Origin: Squalus acanthias
Lineage: Eukaryota
Assembly (NCBI GenBank): GCA_030390025.1
Contig: CM059432.1
Span: forward strand, 19,842,001 to 19,906,000
Direction of reading: 5' to 3'
DNA: 64,000 bases
In this document: positions 40,230-52,831 of the stretch, in pieces
Position numbering within the stretch: position 1 is the stretch's first letter
How the letters are laid out: each line of letters opens with the position of its first letter
Made by a program: the position numbers and the translations under genes
The notes under the pieces: model-generated
Databases searched by the model: none
The model's input: the letters and a program-made list of their open reading frames with translations, nothing else
What the model was told of the DNA's origin: nothing

Positions 40230-41620
40230 ACAACGTGAATTGGTGGAAAAACTGCTATACTGGAATGCCTATTTAGCAACGATACCCTGCGTTACACTGA
40301 AAACAGCCCCCTTGTCACCACACTGAAAGGTAGCTGAGATTTAGAGGACATGGCTATTAATCTTGCCAATTACTTCAGATAAATTTGGGCTCTGCTGCAT
40401 TAGCTCCGTGTGCAGCTGTTTGTAAAATGTGTCAATTAATCCCTTTGGGCAGAGCCTCAAAAATCAGAAAGGAAGTTATTCAGCTCTCTTACAGGTCAGT
40501 CTCTACCTTTGATTATTAGCAGGCTTGCAAGCATAATGTTAAACTGCACGTCAACGCACCAATCTCGGCTTTAACTCTGAAAGCCAGTCTCCACTGATAA
40601 CTTCTGCAAAGTATCAGAAATACTTCGAGGATCATGTCCCCAAGACTCTGTTCTCCTCGAAAATGCAGCCCCGATTGTGTGCCTTCAACATCTGGACGTC
40701 CCATTCATGTTTTCATGTACTTATGGTTTGATTTCTCTAATACAGGTTTAGGAATGTTAGGTGTAAGTTACAAAGCCCATATAACTAATTGTTTTCAGGA
40801 TCTTTCTCAAGTTGTCAGCTTTTTTAGGGGCTGTCAGCTTTTTTTTTTTAAAACTGTTGTCCAGGTCTTGCCAGTTTTCCAGGTTGGTATGTTTGTGTCA
40901 TCCGAGGGATTGCACTTCTCTCACCCCTTAGCTTCTCTCACCACTATCCTTTGACCTCTCTGTCACAACCTTTCTTGTTTCTACTTGGGTGATACTACCA
41001 TGGCCAGTGATGCTCTGAATTTGATTTTCTTGTTTCTTAGGCTCCAAATATCTTGTCCTCTGTGCTTTTCCTCCTCCTCGAGTCCTCATATGTTGAAATC
41101 AAGACACATCACACCATCTCCCACTCAAATTTGCTCTTTCCCAAAACTGTGAAACACCTCGTCCTCCGCAGTCTGTAGAATCTACAGCATTTTAAAACCC
41201 AAGTTCTAAACACTACTTCTTAATTACCTCAGCAAGAGCATGAAATTTCTCCGGTTGATAAATACTCCAACAAAAAAATATTGCCTCTGTACAATAAGAG
41301 AAATGATATTTTGTACTCGTGCTGACTTTTTAGCTAAACTTATAGGCAGGAGGAATTTCATCCTTGTTCTCTCCTACTCTTTTCAACCTTGCTGACGTTG
41401 TCCACCATAGGTCTTAGCCTTTCACCTTGTTTTCTCAATCTGAAAGTGGTCTCTCCGTCAGCCTGCATTGTCAGGTTGTTACTTCCTCCAATACACTCCC
41501 CTCATTTCCTAGAAGTACTGACTCATGCTGGAGCATGTTGCTATGGTGATCAGCAGCCCTCCAGCACCTCACCTAGCTTGATATGTGAACAGAAAGACCG
41601 AGGCCGAGATTTTGCTCGCC

Positions 41621-41830
41621 TTGGTGGGTCCGGTGCGGCCCGTATTGGTGGCGGGTCACGACCCTACTGCTGGCTCCATCCCGCTGCCTAGAATGAACTT
41701 ACCTTAATGAGGCTTATTAAGCCCGCCCAGCGCGTTTCCCGGCCCAATTGGATGGAGCGGGTCTGGTGATGCCATTCTTGACGCGTCTTGAGCCGGTTTC
41801 CGTAAAGGGGCCCTGATCACCTTAGCCTTC
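41621..41830 (+). mobile_element. Harbinger 5' end fragment
   Basis: Similar to 42209-42410 (GGCCG.GATTTT...CTGCTGGCTCCATCCC...TTCC.TAAAGGG). Confidence 0.6.
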
Positions 41831-42208
41831 AAATTTTCCGTTTTCAAGGAATTCCCTTTTGAAAGTTACAATTGAATCTGCTTCCACCACCCTTTCAGGC
41901 TGTGCATTCCTGATCATAACAACTCGCTGCTTAAAAAAAATTCTCCTCACCTCCCCCTGGTTCTTTTGCCAATTATCTTAAATCTGTGTTCTCTGGTTAC
42001 TGACCCTCCTGCCAGTAGAAACAGTTTGTAACATATGGAATTCTCTTTATTTATCTAAACACTTCATACCTATAATATATTAAAAATCTTAGGTCTGTAT
42101 CCAATTTCCGTCTATAAAACGTTACTTCCCATTATCATGGCTTTGTCACACATCCTTCAACTTTTTACCAGTACAAATTCCTGTAACCACAGTTATAATG
42201 GAACCTGC

Positions 42209-43967
42209 GGCCGCGATTTTCCCTACCTCGGCAGGTCGTGGCGGTCGCAGCCTCGCTGCTGGCTCCATCCCAGCCACCGACATGACTTTCACCTGATTGG
42301 GCTTGTTAAGCCCACCCAGCGCGTTTCCTGGTCAATCAGAGGAAGCGGGTCTGATGATGTCATTTGATGACTCGTCATCAGCCGGATTCCTTAAAGGGAC
42401 CATGCGCAATTTTATTTTGACAGTTGTGCTGTCAGTGTTCTACAGCATTCAAGTGCTGCAAACACTGACAAGCACTACACAGAGGTGCAGGGCTGCACCC
42501 AGGTTCTCCCATGACTCCCTCCATATGCTTATGGAGGGAGTCAGAGCACACAGGGAGGTCCTCTTCCTTTCCGATGGGCAGAAGAGTCCTCCCCAGGACA
42601 CCATAACAGCCTGGTTGCAGATTGCAGAGGAGGGTAAAGCAGGGATATCGTCAGGAGAACCTGGGTGCAGTGCCGCAAACCTTTCAATGATCTCATTAGA
42701 TCAGGAAACATGAGTACAAAGCCACATTTACCTTCATCCTGCTGTGCCTCTCATCACATCCCCATCACTCTGTCTTCCCTACCCTACTCCTGCACATTCT
42801 TACTCACACCAACTTACCTTGCACCTCTACCCATCCCTCTCTCTCTATCTGCATTATCACATCGCCATCTCACTAGCCACCCCTCACACTCACCCTCATC
42901 CTAGTCCAAACATACCAACTAACAATACACAAGGGTTGCCACTTGGGTGTTTTATCCAATGTTCAATTAAAGTTTCTGTTAATGTGGTGTCAAATATTGA
43001 AACCTTTATTTACAACACACTGCATTCTTGGACAGATTTGTGTGCACCTTTGAAAGTAGCTCAGTGAGTTGCAGTGTATGGTGAGACATAACGGTACCCC
43101 CCGCAATGGTCATGAGTGTGAAAGGAATGGCTTGGGCATTGTAGGGATGCTTTATGGTGTTGGTGTGGGGTGGTGCCAACCTGACGCATCATATGGCAGC
43201 CAGGGTGTACAGCGTCAAGTGAAGTAAATCTGGCCATGGTGAGGGCATCCCTGACCTCCCGGGCAGCAATGTGGTCGGGTGCTGGTGCCCTCTGTCCTGT
43301 GCAGCATCAGGTGATTGTGGAGAAGTTTGGTGTTGTTGCTGGTGCTGCTGGTGTGCCTGCTGTTGCTGGTGTTGGGGGCTCATCGTGGTCAGATTCTGAG
43401 GAACAAGGTGACACAGTATAAACGGTACCCATGCTGATGTAATAGATGGCAGGTGAAGTTGAGATGACAGAAGCAATCTGTCAATGGTGAGATAGGTTGT
43501 TCCAATGAGGTGACACTGGATGGAGAGTTTGCTCCAAACAATTGCAACCTGCATAAAGCTCAATCTGTGTTACAAATGGAGTAAGCAACAGCTTCTGAGC
43601 TTGGAAAGTGAACAGCTGTGAGGTGGGAGCTTTTATAGTACATTTCAAGCTGTCAACGAATCAGCTGATTCAATGACGATTCAACTCTCGCCTCAGGTTA
43701 ACAGACATGGTCCAGGAGCAGCGTGGACCCTGTGGGCGAGCAGTTAAAGTTAAAAGGTAAGATTAAAACTATTATTAAAGGTCTATCAACAAGCCAATAA
43801 TTGTTTTAATTGGGTTGCCCGCCTCTGTGGGTCGGGTCCGATCCGAGATCACAGACGCGCCTTTGGCGGGATGACACCGGGTTCCCAACCCGCTGTCAAA
43901 AAAAATCAAATTTCCCACCCGACCCGCCACCAATCCTGCCCGCTGACCCCCCGGAAAATTCCGGCCC
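42209..43967 (+). mobile_element. Internally deleted PIF/Harbinger transposon with Myb/SANT-like gene remnant and opposing transposase C-terminus
   Basis: TIRs GGCCGCGATTTTCC / GGAAAATTCCGGCC; 42480-42710 reads RAAPRFSHDSLHMLMEGVRAHREVLF..AWLQIAEE/RTWVQCRKPFNDL; minus strand near 43220-43270 reads AAREVRDALTMARF. Confidence 0.8.
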
Positions 43968-44107
43968 GAGTGTTGGCAAGATGCCCTCCTTGCCCGGCGT
44001 CCACAAGTGTGCATTTTCCAGCAGGGACGCTAATTAGAAACCGAGTTGATTTTTTCTCTCCTAAACCCAGAGACACTAGAAGCTATCGCAAGGCTCGAAC
44101 CCTGGAC

Positions 44108-44262
44108 CAATGTTCCCTCTGATTTTTTTTTTTGTTCATGGTCCCTTTAACTGGCCCATTCAAATTTTTGCGCGTGCGCGGTTTCTTCCCTGTAAAAGCC
44201 GTTCACGGCCTGCACGGGACCTCCAGACTGTTGCACGGTGGCGCAGCTTAGCGGGATCGTTG
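44108..44262. mobile_element. hAT-like MITE, second copy
   Basis: CAATGTTCCC...GGGATCGTTG; 8-bp flanks CCCTGGAC/CCCAGGGC (6/8 match). Confidence 0.7.
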
Positions 44263-44899
44263 CCCAGGGCCCTCTGATCGGTCTTACACAGGAACAAACC
44301 ACAAATTGCATTGAACCACTGAGCCATCGAGCCAAGTGTGCAGGTTTGCTCTGAACATTTCTGAAAAAAATAAAATGGAAATCATCTGCTCATTTCCAAT
44401 TAATTTTCCACTTTTCTTTTCTTGAGCTGTTCAATATCGCTCGGATTGCTTTTGTAATTGGATTAGATTAGGCTGCTCCACTCATTAACAAACTTCTGTA
44501 GCTCTACTTCAAATATTTTAATGGTGAAAATCACAAAGGCGGTAAAGCTCCTTTTTTAATTGCTGCTTCATACGGAAGCCTCAGGCTACGGAGCTTCGTG
44601 AAGATTTGGAAGATGACTGGGAAAAAAAATTCTGACATCTTTTCATGTTAAAATTGATGTTTTCAAATGAAATCTTCTGCTTCATAAACAAAGGCTCAAG
44701 CAGTAAATTTGCTCAGTAAAAATTCTCACTTTTGTCTTAACAGTTATAGAAAGGACGACAACCAGTCTTCATTGATGCGAGGAGATGCACATCTTTATTG
44801 GAGATTACCACATCCAAAATCAGACAAGGCCAGGACAGGGTTGAGACAAGGGTGGAAATTGGGTCTCAGCTCGAAGGTTGCTTTGCTAATTAAAAGGAA

Positions 44900-45342
44900 A
44901 AATGTGCCTTTCACGACTTCAGAACGCCGCAAAGCGCTTTACAGCCAATGAAGTCATTTTGAAGTGGAGTCACTGTTGTAATGTAGGAAACGGGGCAGCC
45001 AATTTACACACAAGGTCCCACAAGCAGCAATTAAATAAATGACCAGGTATTCTGTTTTAGTGAAGTTGGTTGAGGGATAAATATTAGTCAGGACACTGGG
45101 GAGAACTCTAATGCTCTTCTTTGAAATAGTGCCACGGGATCTTTTACATTCACCCGAGAGGGTAGATGGGGCCTTGGTTTAACATCTCATCCGAAAGACG
45201 GCACCTACGACAGTGCAGCACTCCCTCAGCACTGCACTGAAGTGTCAGCCTGAATTATATGCTCGAGTCTTTGGAGTGGCACTTGAACTCACAGCCTTCT
45301 GACTCAAAGGCGAGAATGCTACCCACTGAGCCAAGGCTGACA
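44900..45342 (-). mobile_element. Deu-domain SINE, near full length
   Basis: Colinear with 3915-4377. Confidence 0.85.
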
Positions 45343-47043
45343 CCAATGAACTGAAAAGTTTAATAATGAATGCCTGCACATCATTACACAGCAGTCGCTG
45401 CATGTGTGAGAAAAAATATATTTTAATCTTAAAACCAAATTTTGCATCCATTAAACCTTTTAAAAATTTCCTAACCGCCTGCCATTGTCCAGTCCAAATT
45501 TGGATCTCATGATGCTCACAACCTTCAAGCAAGGCTTGAGATTAAAAGGTATCTCCTCTCACTCGCCTCCTTCCCAACAACATGGTAGTACATGAACGCA
45601 GATGTAGAATAAATTCCAAAATAAAAAGATTTTTTTTAAATAGAGCTGAATAAATACCTTGTTAAGAACAGCATTAAGGTTCTAAGGATACAATATAGCT
45701 AAAAATAATTAACCGCTGTGTGGTACCTGATGGTTCTTGATTTGTAGATCTTTGGAACTGCCATGGCAAGGAATGTAACTTGACAAGGATGAATGATGTA
45801 GAATGGAAGGTCAGATAGCTATTCTGAAGGCTTTTGCGGGGAGGTTCAGTAGAAAGGCGTGCAGAACCTTTTCTCAGCTGATTAAATCACTGAGGTTGAG
45901 TCCATGATTAGAGTAAATCAAAGTGGAAGGACAGGCCAAATGGACTTAAGAGCCTCTTTGCATTCCATGTTTATTTGTTTCTGCTTTTATGTTAAGCCAG
46001 TTTTTCTGTACAGTGGCTGTTATACAGTGAGAGGCAGTCAAAAATCAACTCTGGAAAATCATTCATAGTCCTTGAAACCCACCAAATGTTAAGCAAAAAA
46101 TCTAACCGCACTTAAGGATTTAGGCCACAGAGTCAAGGACATTTAAAATCAAATTCCCAGCTCTTCTATCCTTATCATAATAATTTGAGTGTGTGAATAG
46201 AATCTTCACAATACTGAATGAGGGCATGAACACCATGGCTTCGTTAAATAGCATACTACTGCTGCCACATGTAACTAAATAAGGTGACACATGATCCTCT
46301 GGAAAGTTGAAGATTAACCTCCAGAGGGGTTTCTCAATCTGCTAACATAGCAGCAGAACTGCCACAAGACATTGAATATTCCTGCCCAGAGGATTACGGA
46401 GCTCTCAGTTACACTGCTGCCCTGCAAAGACTTAGCCTTGACATTGGGGAAAGTCCGCAGCCACAAACTTATGGTCAGGAACAGGAAACAACTCCGTACA
46501 TGCCAGATTGTGGCTTTCGAACAACTGAACATGTGTAAGATCAAGCATAAGCTGTTGCTCCCATGTTGTCACCTTCTATGAATTTCACCCCCACAATATA
46601 AATCCCAAATGCGCCATTATACCTGCTTGCTGTAAGCAGAAAGCGTTACGATGATCTGGCCAAAGGTGCATTTACTTGTGAATCAAATATCAGATTTCCT
46701 ACCTCTTGGTTGGTTTTCCCAACCAAACAAGTAGATGAACATGTTAAAATCTTTTTGGGTATGTATACATGCACTCCTAAGCATTACTAACTGGCTAGTT
46801 TGCAAGGGGTACTCAGAAATGTAGCTTATATCAATAGGCTTCCTTAAAAATTCCATAAGGTGATTGAAAATGGCTGACGTTATACAGAGGCAAGAAGGTT
46901 GCACATTGCACCAAATCCTCCCTTCTAATTTCTCAGATATGTAAAAAGCACATTTTGTCAATATATTGTCACTTCTACATCAAATGTTGAATAAAGATTC
47001 TGACTATTCACTTCCGCCTTTGCCTCAGAGCAAAGCAACTCTG

Positions 47044-47211
47044 TGGATGTGAAATGCGTCTTGGGCAGTCATGCAAAATGGGTGATAGTGAATCGGCAGC
47101 TCGCTTTACACCGTGTTGAAGTCAATGGAAAAGAAAATCGAGCAAGGTATAAAGTGAGCCGGCGATTCGCTATCGCCCGTCTTGCGCGACCGCCCAAGAC
47201 CAATTTCACCC
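47044..47211. mobile_element. Short palindromic MITE
   Basis: GTGAAATGCGTCTTGGGC ... GCCCAAGACCAATTTCAC inverted ends. Confidence 0.5.
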
Positions 47212-47484
47212 TCTGCAGGTTTTAAAACGACGAGCCACTGTTGAACAAGCATTTTGTGAGGAACGTGCTCTGACGTGGTGAGGGGTGCTACCCAAACCAT
47301 ACCTTTTTTCAGCCATGTTATCAATTAAGGGGAAATTCTACACAAAACGTCTTGTTCCAGGTTGCATCTGACCATCATATCAGAATATGGTAGTCAGAGG
47401 CAACCTGGGTGTAGACATTTTGCGTAGAACATGACATCATGAATCTGGTAACTTGGCAAATGGAAGATTCTGAGCAGTGAACAA

Positions 47485-47669
47485 ATAACAGAATATGGTA
47501 AGAAGGGATGATTGAGAGATGCTGGTCTATTCAATAGCAGAATGTGGTAACAAGGGGTGAGTGAGAGACATTAATAATTGTACGTGTAGAAGAATACAGT
47601 AACAAGGGGTGAGTGAGAGACAATGATTACTGTACACATAGTAGAATATGGTAACAGGACGATGAGCAT
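47485..47669. repeat. Degenerate ~50-52-bp minisatellite, left of the provirus
   Basis: AGAATATGGTAACAAGGGGTGAGTGAGAGA-like unit at ~47489, 47538, 47590 and 47642; resumes at 57401-57515 and ~58485-58525. Confidence 0.75.
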
Positions 47670-48144
47670 TGATAGGGTAACCTGTAGGTTTGGATAACCT
47701 TTACATGTATATTATAGTTGCGTTAGAAGCCATGCTATTTAAATGTTACTGTAACTGCAAGGCATGATGGGAAGCTTGACCAAAATCAGACCAAAGCGTA
47801 GTGTCAGCATTTAACAGTAGCAGTAGTTGTAATAAAGATTCTTCACAAAACCTTGAATCAGGAACAATGAACAAAGATAATGGTAGCTGGAGGTCGGATA
47901 AGATAAACAAAACTGAAGAAAGGCAGAAGTAAGGACCTTGGGTCCGGGACAGTTGAGATAGCGGGAAGCATCTGCCAAAGCCTACGTAACCGGTAATTAA
48001 CGGTTGATTATGTATAAATAAACTGCCACGACTATTGTAAATTTGAGAGACTTTGGTACGCTGAAGGCTCTCCCTTGCATGCTTGTAATAAAGTTTCTCT
48101 CATATCACAGCCTACCCGTGACTGAGTGGTTTCTTTCCACAACA
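47670..48144 (+). repeat. 5' LTR, 475 bp
   Basis: TGATAGGG...CCACAACA; TATAAA 48013-48018; AATAAA 48087-48092; direct repeat of 56936-57400. Confidence 0.97.
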
Positions 48145-48147
48145 ACT

Positions 48148-48165
48148 TGGCGTAGTCGGCAGGAT
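48148..48165 (+). promoter_or_regulatory. Primer-binding site for tRNA-Ser
   Basis: TGGCGTAGTCGGCAGGAT is complementary to the 3' 18 nt (ATCCTGCCGACTACGCCA) of vertebrate tRNA-Ser(AGA/TGA type); 3 nt after the LTR. Confidence 0.92.
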
Positions 48166-48521
48166 CTGCTACTAGTACCGAAACAAGGGCACCGTTCCGG
48201 GACCAACAGACAAAGTGGGGTGAGTACGTTAATTTATACCACCCAGTAGTTAGGTCTGTGGGCATGGAGCGTTCCCTCGGACTATCAGGGATCTCGAACA
48301 ACATGAGTCAGAACGGCTGTCATGTGAGAGAGGGAGAGAGAGGGCAACGTTGCAAAGTGGTTGCGGTCACCGACGGCCAGGTGAGGGGCCAAGGGAGAGA
48401 GCTTAACGGGTGTCTCTCTGGGGGTAGAAGACCCCCGTGATTTCTAAAGAGTTAAGTTTCGCCGATGGCCAGGTGAGGGCCGAGGGAGAGAGCTTAACGG
48501 GTGTCTCTCCGGGTAGGTAAG

Positions 48522-49200
48522 ATGGCCGAGGGAAAGTCGGGTCCTCATGGATCTATAACGGAGGATTTGTTAAATAAACATGACAAGGTAATTTAAAAAA
48601 TGGGAAAGGAAGGCTGGGATCCTGAATGGGTTCCCAACCGACAGAAAGAATGGTGGAGTAAGGAGAGCAAGAATAAGGAGGAGAAAACTGTAGTGGTTCT
48701 TTGTCAGGTCCACCTGAAAAATGTGTAAGATTGGAGCCACACGGGAGAAGGAAAAAGAGGAGTTAGTGGAACAGTTAAAAAAGGTGGGTGCCAAGTGTGC
48801 TGCTATAACGAAGGCAAGGTCAGAGCAAAGTGGAAGAAATGATAGTGAGGAGGTTGATTGGAATGATTTAGAAAGAGTGGCAGCAGAACAGGAGCGAGAT
48901 GATGATGTTATCCTTACGCAGGATGATAAAATGTTAGAACAACAAAATCAGATCGAGCTTCTGCAGTTTCAAATTGCCTCATCTGCTGCGATCATGTAGC
49001 AGCAGAGTGTAAACGCGGTTCAGGCAGGCTCCGCACTGCAGAATCTTGAGGAAGCCAGGTGTCAGATAGCCATCCTAACAAAAGATCTAATTTGCAGGCT
49101 AACCAATCTGAAAACTCAGCAAAGGAAGAAAAAAAAACAGGGATTTGGAAAGCCAGGGAAAGCTGCTGAGACGCCAATTTAAAGAAAAAAAAGGGGAAAG
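48522..49200 (+). pseudogene. gag: gag-like N-terminal remnant with coiled coil
   Basis: ATG 48522 MAEGKSGPHGSITEDLLNKHDKVI*KMGKEGWDPEW..., +1 shift into ORF 48721-48999 (EKEKEELVEQLKK...LEQQNQIELLQFQI); assigned by position, no capsid motif seen. Confidence 0.55.
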
Positions 49201-50686
49201 AAAAAGAAAGAGAAACCTAAAGTTTTACCGACATGGAAGTTATTAACATCTGTGCTGAGACAAATAAAACACAAGATTGCTGAGTGAAACCTTAAAAAAT
49301 GCTGGAATTTTAGTTTGTGTGAAAGTGTGTGTTAAAGTGTGAAAGTTTCCCTGACTATGGATGTTTAAGAAGTTACAGTATTCCTTTTGTCTGAATGTCT
49401 GTCCTTAAAAAAAAAAGAAAAATGTCTGTTATGTGTTTTAGCTCCACCCACTTCTCTGTGTTAAAAAAGCGTTTAACCCTTTTGTCTTGTCTTGGATTTT
49501 GGAAGTTTTAAGAATGTGCGAATAAGATTGTGCACCCAGAATTGAAACAAAACTTCAAACTACAATTTAAGTTAAGCTGGTGTGGAAAAACTGAGAAAAA
49601 CAAAAAGTTTGTTCAACAAAAGATTAAGTTTCAGTCTAAGATTTATCCTTGGAGTCACCGTTGCTATGGTGAAATCTTCCAAAGCAATTTGTTTAAATGT
49701 GAAAAACTAATTTTTCTCCAGTTGTATTCAATGTTTTTACAGTCATTTGGAAAAGCATCTGAAGAAAGGACATGTGCTATTTTGTTTTGTTTTATCTCTT
49801 CTGTTTGTGTTTAAAGTGTGAAAGTCTTTTTCGTTCGGGAAAGTTTTTTAAAATAAATTTACGTGAAGTGACGCAATTGCGTGCGCCTGACAATGTTTCG
49901 CTCCGCCTTCTTAAAAAACCGACAAAGGAGTTAAACAGCTGTCAGTGGAAAGGGTTAAGTTCACCAAGCAACAACTTTAGTATTGCTGAATGAAATTTAA
50001 AGATATTGGACATTATTAAATTTAAGTTTCTTAATTTTAAGTTAATATTTCCCCACAGTGACGGAAGGAAGATTATGATTTGATAAATTAACTCCTTGGG
50101 CTCTTAAACAGAGCCACAATGGATTCTCTGCTTTCTTTTGTTATATGAAAGTTATTTTGTAAACTAATTGTAGCACTTCTGTCTCTAATGTTAAAACACC
50201 TGTGTAAACCACCTAGCCTGGGAATCACTTGTTTCTGAAATTGGAATTGAAAAGATAAATTGATTGAAATGAAATTGAATATTGACAAAACCTGTCAGTT
50301 CAACAATACTGCTGTTTGGATTTGGGGATAATTTTGAAATGACAAAATGGACTCAGGCACTATATATTGGGTTACTTTTGGGAAAATGAAAGATCCTCTA
50401 AAATAATGATGAATAAAAAGTGTTAATAACTTGGACCAAGTGAGAATGTTTGAGCTATGTTTTCTATCTTAAATATTGTACTGGACAGTAAAGTTCCTCC
50501 CGGGCTCATGAATGAGATATGAATAGTAATTAATGAGATGTGTAAAATGGAGAGAGGAAGCGATTGAGGGTGTAAGATAGAAACAGGAAAATTACACTAC
50601 CAAATGAGAATTTTCCTAGCTTTCTAGTGAAAGTCAGAAAAGTGTAGTTATGAATAGTAAATTGATAGCTTTCTCTTGGAGACATT

Positions 50687-51425
50687 TCATAGAATCATAG
50701 AAGATAGGAGCAGGAGTAGGCCATTCGGCCCCTCTAGCCTGCTCCGCCATTCAATGCGATCATGGCTGATCATCCAAATTCAGTACCCTGTCCCTGCTTT
50801 CTCCCCATATCCCTTGATCCCTTTAGCCTTAAGAAATATATCCAACTCCTTCTCGAATCTATTTAATGAATTGGCCTCTACTGCCTTCTGTGGCAGAGAA
50901 TTCCACAGGTTCACCACTCTCTGGGTGAAGAAATCCCTCCTCATTTCTGTCCTAAATGGCTTACCCCTTATCCATTGACTGTGACCCCTGGTTCTGGACT
51001 CCCCGACCATCGGGAACATCCATCCTGCATCTAGTTTGTCCTGTCCTATCAGAATTTTATAAGTTTCAATGAGATCCCCTCTCATTCTTCTAAACTCCAG
51101 CGAGTATAAGCCCAATCGACCCAATCTCTCTTCATAGGTCATTCCTGCCATCCCAGCTATCAGCCTTGTGAATCTTCGCTGAACTCCTTCCCTGGCAGTA
51201 ACATCCTTCCTCAGATAAGGCGAACAAAACTGCACACAGTACTCAAGGTGTGGTCTCACCAAGGCCCTGTACAACTGCAGCAAGACATCCTTGTTCCTGT
51301 GCTCAAACCCTCTCATAGAAACATAGAATCTAGGAGCAGGAGTAGGCCATTCGGCCCGTCGAGCCTGCTCCACCATTCAATACGATCATGGCTGATCATC
51401 CAAATCCAGTACCCTGTCCCTGCTT
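50687..51425 (-). mobile_element. Two tandem CR1 3' fragments inside the provirus
   Basis: ORF 50780-51376 is CR1 C-terminus; tails CATAGAATCATAG (50687) and CATAGAAACATAG (51315). Confidence 0.9.
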
Positions 51426-51429
51426 TAAT

Positions 51430-51658
51430 CCCCACAGTACACATATCCCACCCTACCCCCGTAACCCCACGTATTTAATTCCCCCTAACATATCCCATCC
51501 TATCCCCATAAGCCCACATATTATTCCCCCCCTAACACTAAGGGTCAATTTTATCATAGCCAAATCAACCTAACCCGCACATTTTTGGACTGTGGGAGGA
51601 AACCGGAGCACCCGGAGGAAACCCACGCAGACACGGGGAGAATGTGCAAACTCCACAT
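51430..51658 (-). mobile_element. V-SINE (HE1-like) fragment
   Basis: Minus strand GTTTGCACATTCTCCCCGTGTCTGCGTGGGTTTCCTCCGGGTGCTCCGGTTTCCTCCCACAGTCC matches the V-domain. Confidence 0.8.
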
Positions 51659-51755
51659 ACTGCATCGAGAAACTATCTAATTAATGAAACAATCAGAATA
51701 GAGTTAAACACACTGGTACCTGTTAGAGGAACTGAAATTGAAGTTTAAGTGAAGA

Positions 51756-52750
51756 GTTACATGGAATTTGGATTGGACGGCTGAGGGCGTCTTTGGGCTT
51801 GTGCGTTCACAATTTCCAGAGGTATGGGCTAGATACAAACAGCATTGCGGGAGGGTCGATATGACACCCGTCATGATCAAGGGGGAAACCCACAAACCAC
51901 ATAAACAATATTCTACTTAATACTGGAAGGTTAAGAGCATATCAGATAGCCGAAGAGCAGCGTGGGAAGCGGTACTTATCCCAAAGGATAAGTCCGTACA
52001 GATTGTTAAAGACGGTGGATTAAACCCTGTAGGCGGCATATTAACGGAAAGAGAAGAACATCAGAGTGAACTAGCGGTAGAGGCCTTCCCAACACGAAAT
52101 TGCACCGCCGACATGGCCGCAAGAATCTTGGCAGAGGAGGTGATACCCCGGTGGGGGGGTCCCCCTACAAATAGATTCAGACCAGGGGACCCACTTTACG
52201 GGTAGGGTCATGAAGAGGGCATGTCAGTTATTGGGGGTAAAGCAGAGGTTCCACATACCTGACCACCCTCAGAGCTCCGGAATGGTGGAGCGTATGAATA
52301 GAACCCTGAAAACGACTATAGCAAAAGCGATTGCGAGCACGGGTAAGAACTGGGTGGATGTCCTCCCGACCATATTAATGAGGTTGCGGGCAACCCCCAA
52401 CCGAACAATAGGACTGACTCCATATGAATTAATAACCTGGGAATCTATGAGATTACCAGAAAGGGTGATAGAAGGGTGTAGTGAAACAGGGCCGCTGAGG
52501 GATAGAATTACACGGTATGTAGCAGAGCTATGTAAACAGCTTCAAGGGATGAAAGTGGAAGTAAAGCAGCAGCAAGAAGCGGCAGATCGACACGGACGCG
52601 GGCCTGAACCCGAGTCATCGGGGCTCCCAATGGTGGGAGACAGGGTAATGGCGCCTCGGTGGTCTGGGTCCTAATGACCGGCGATGCGTGTGTGTGTTTG
52701 GACATACAAAAGGGGGGTAGGTGCAAACATTGGTCCCAGGTTAAGCCGCA
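51756..52750 (+). pseudogene. pol: pol remnant: RT N-terminus, tether end, integrase core and C-terminal domain, with large deletions
   Basis: FPEVWARYKQHCGRVDMTPVMIKGETHKPHKQY; SDSRRAAWEAVL..LNPVGGILTEREEH; VEAFPT..IPRWG/VPLQIDSDQGTHFT..HPQSSGMVERMNRTLK; PRWSG..HWSQVK. Confidence 0.88.
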
Positions 52751-52831
52751 TGACTCACATTCTGTTTCTACCAACAGGAAAGCTAGCAGCAGATCTCTTA
52801 ATTACTTTGTTTCAGATAAACCTCTCTCACA

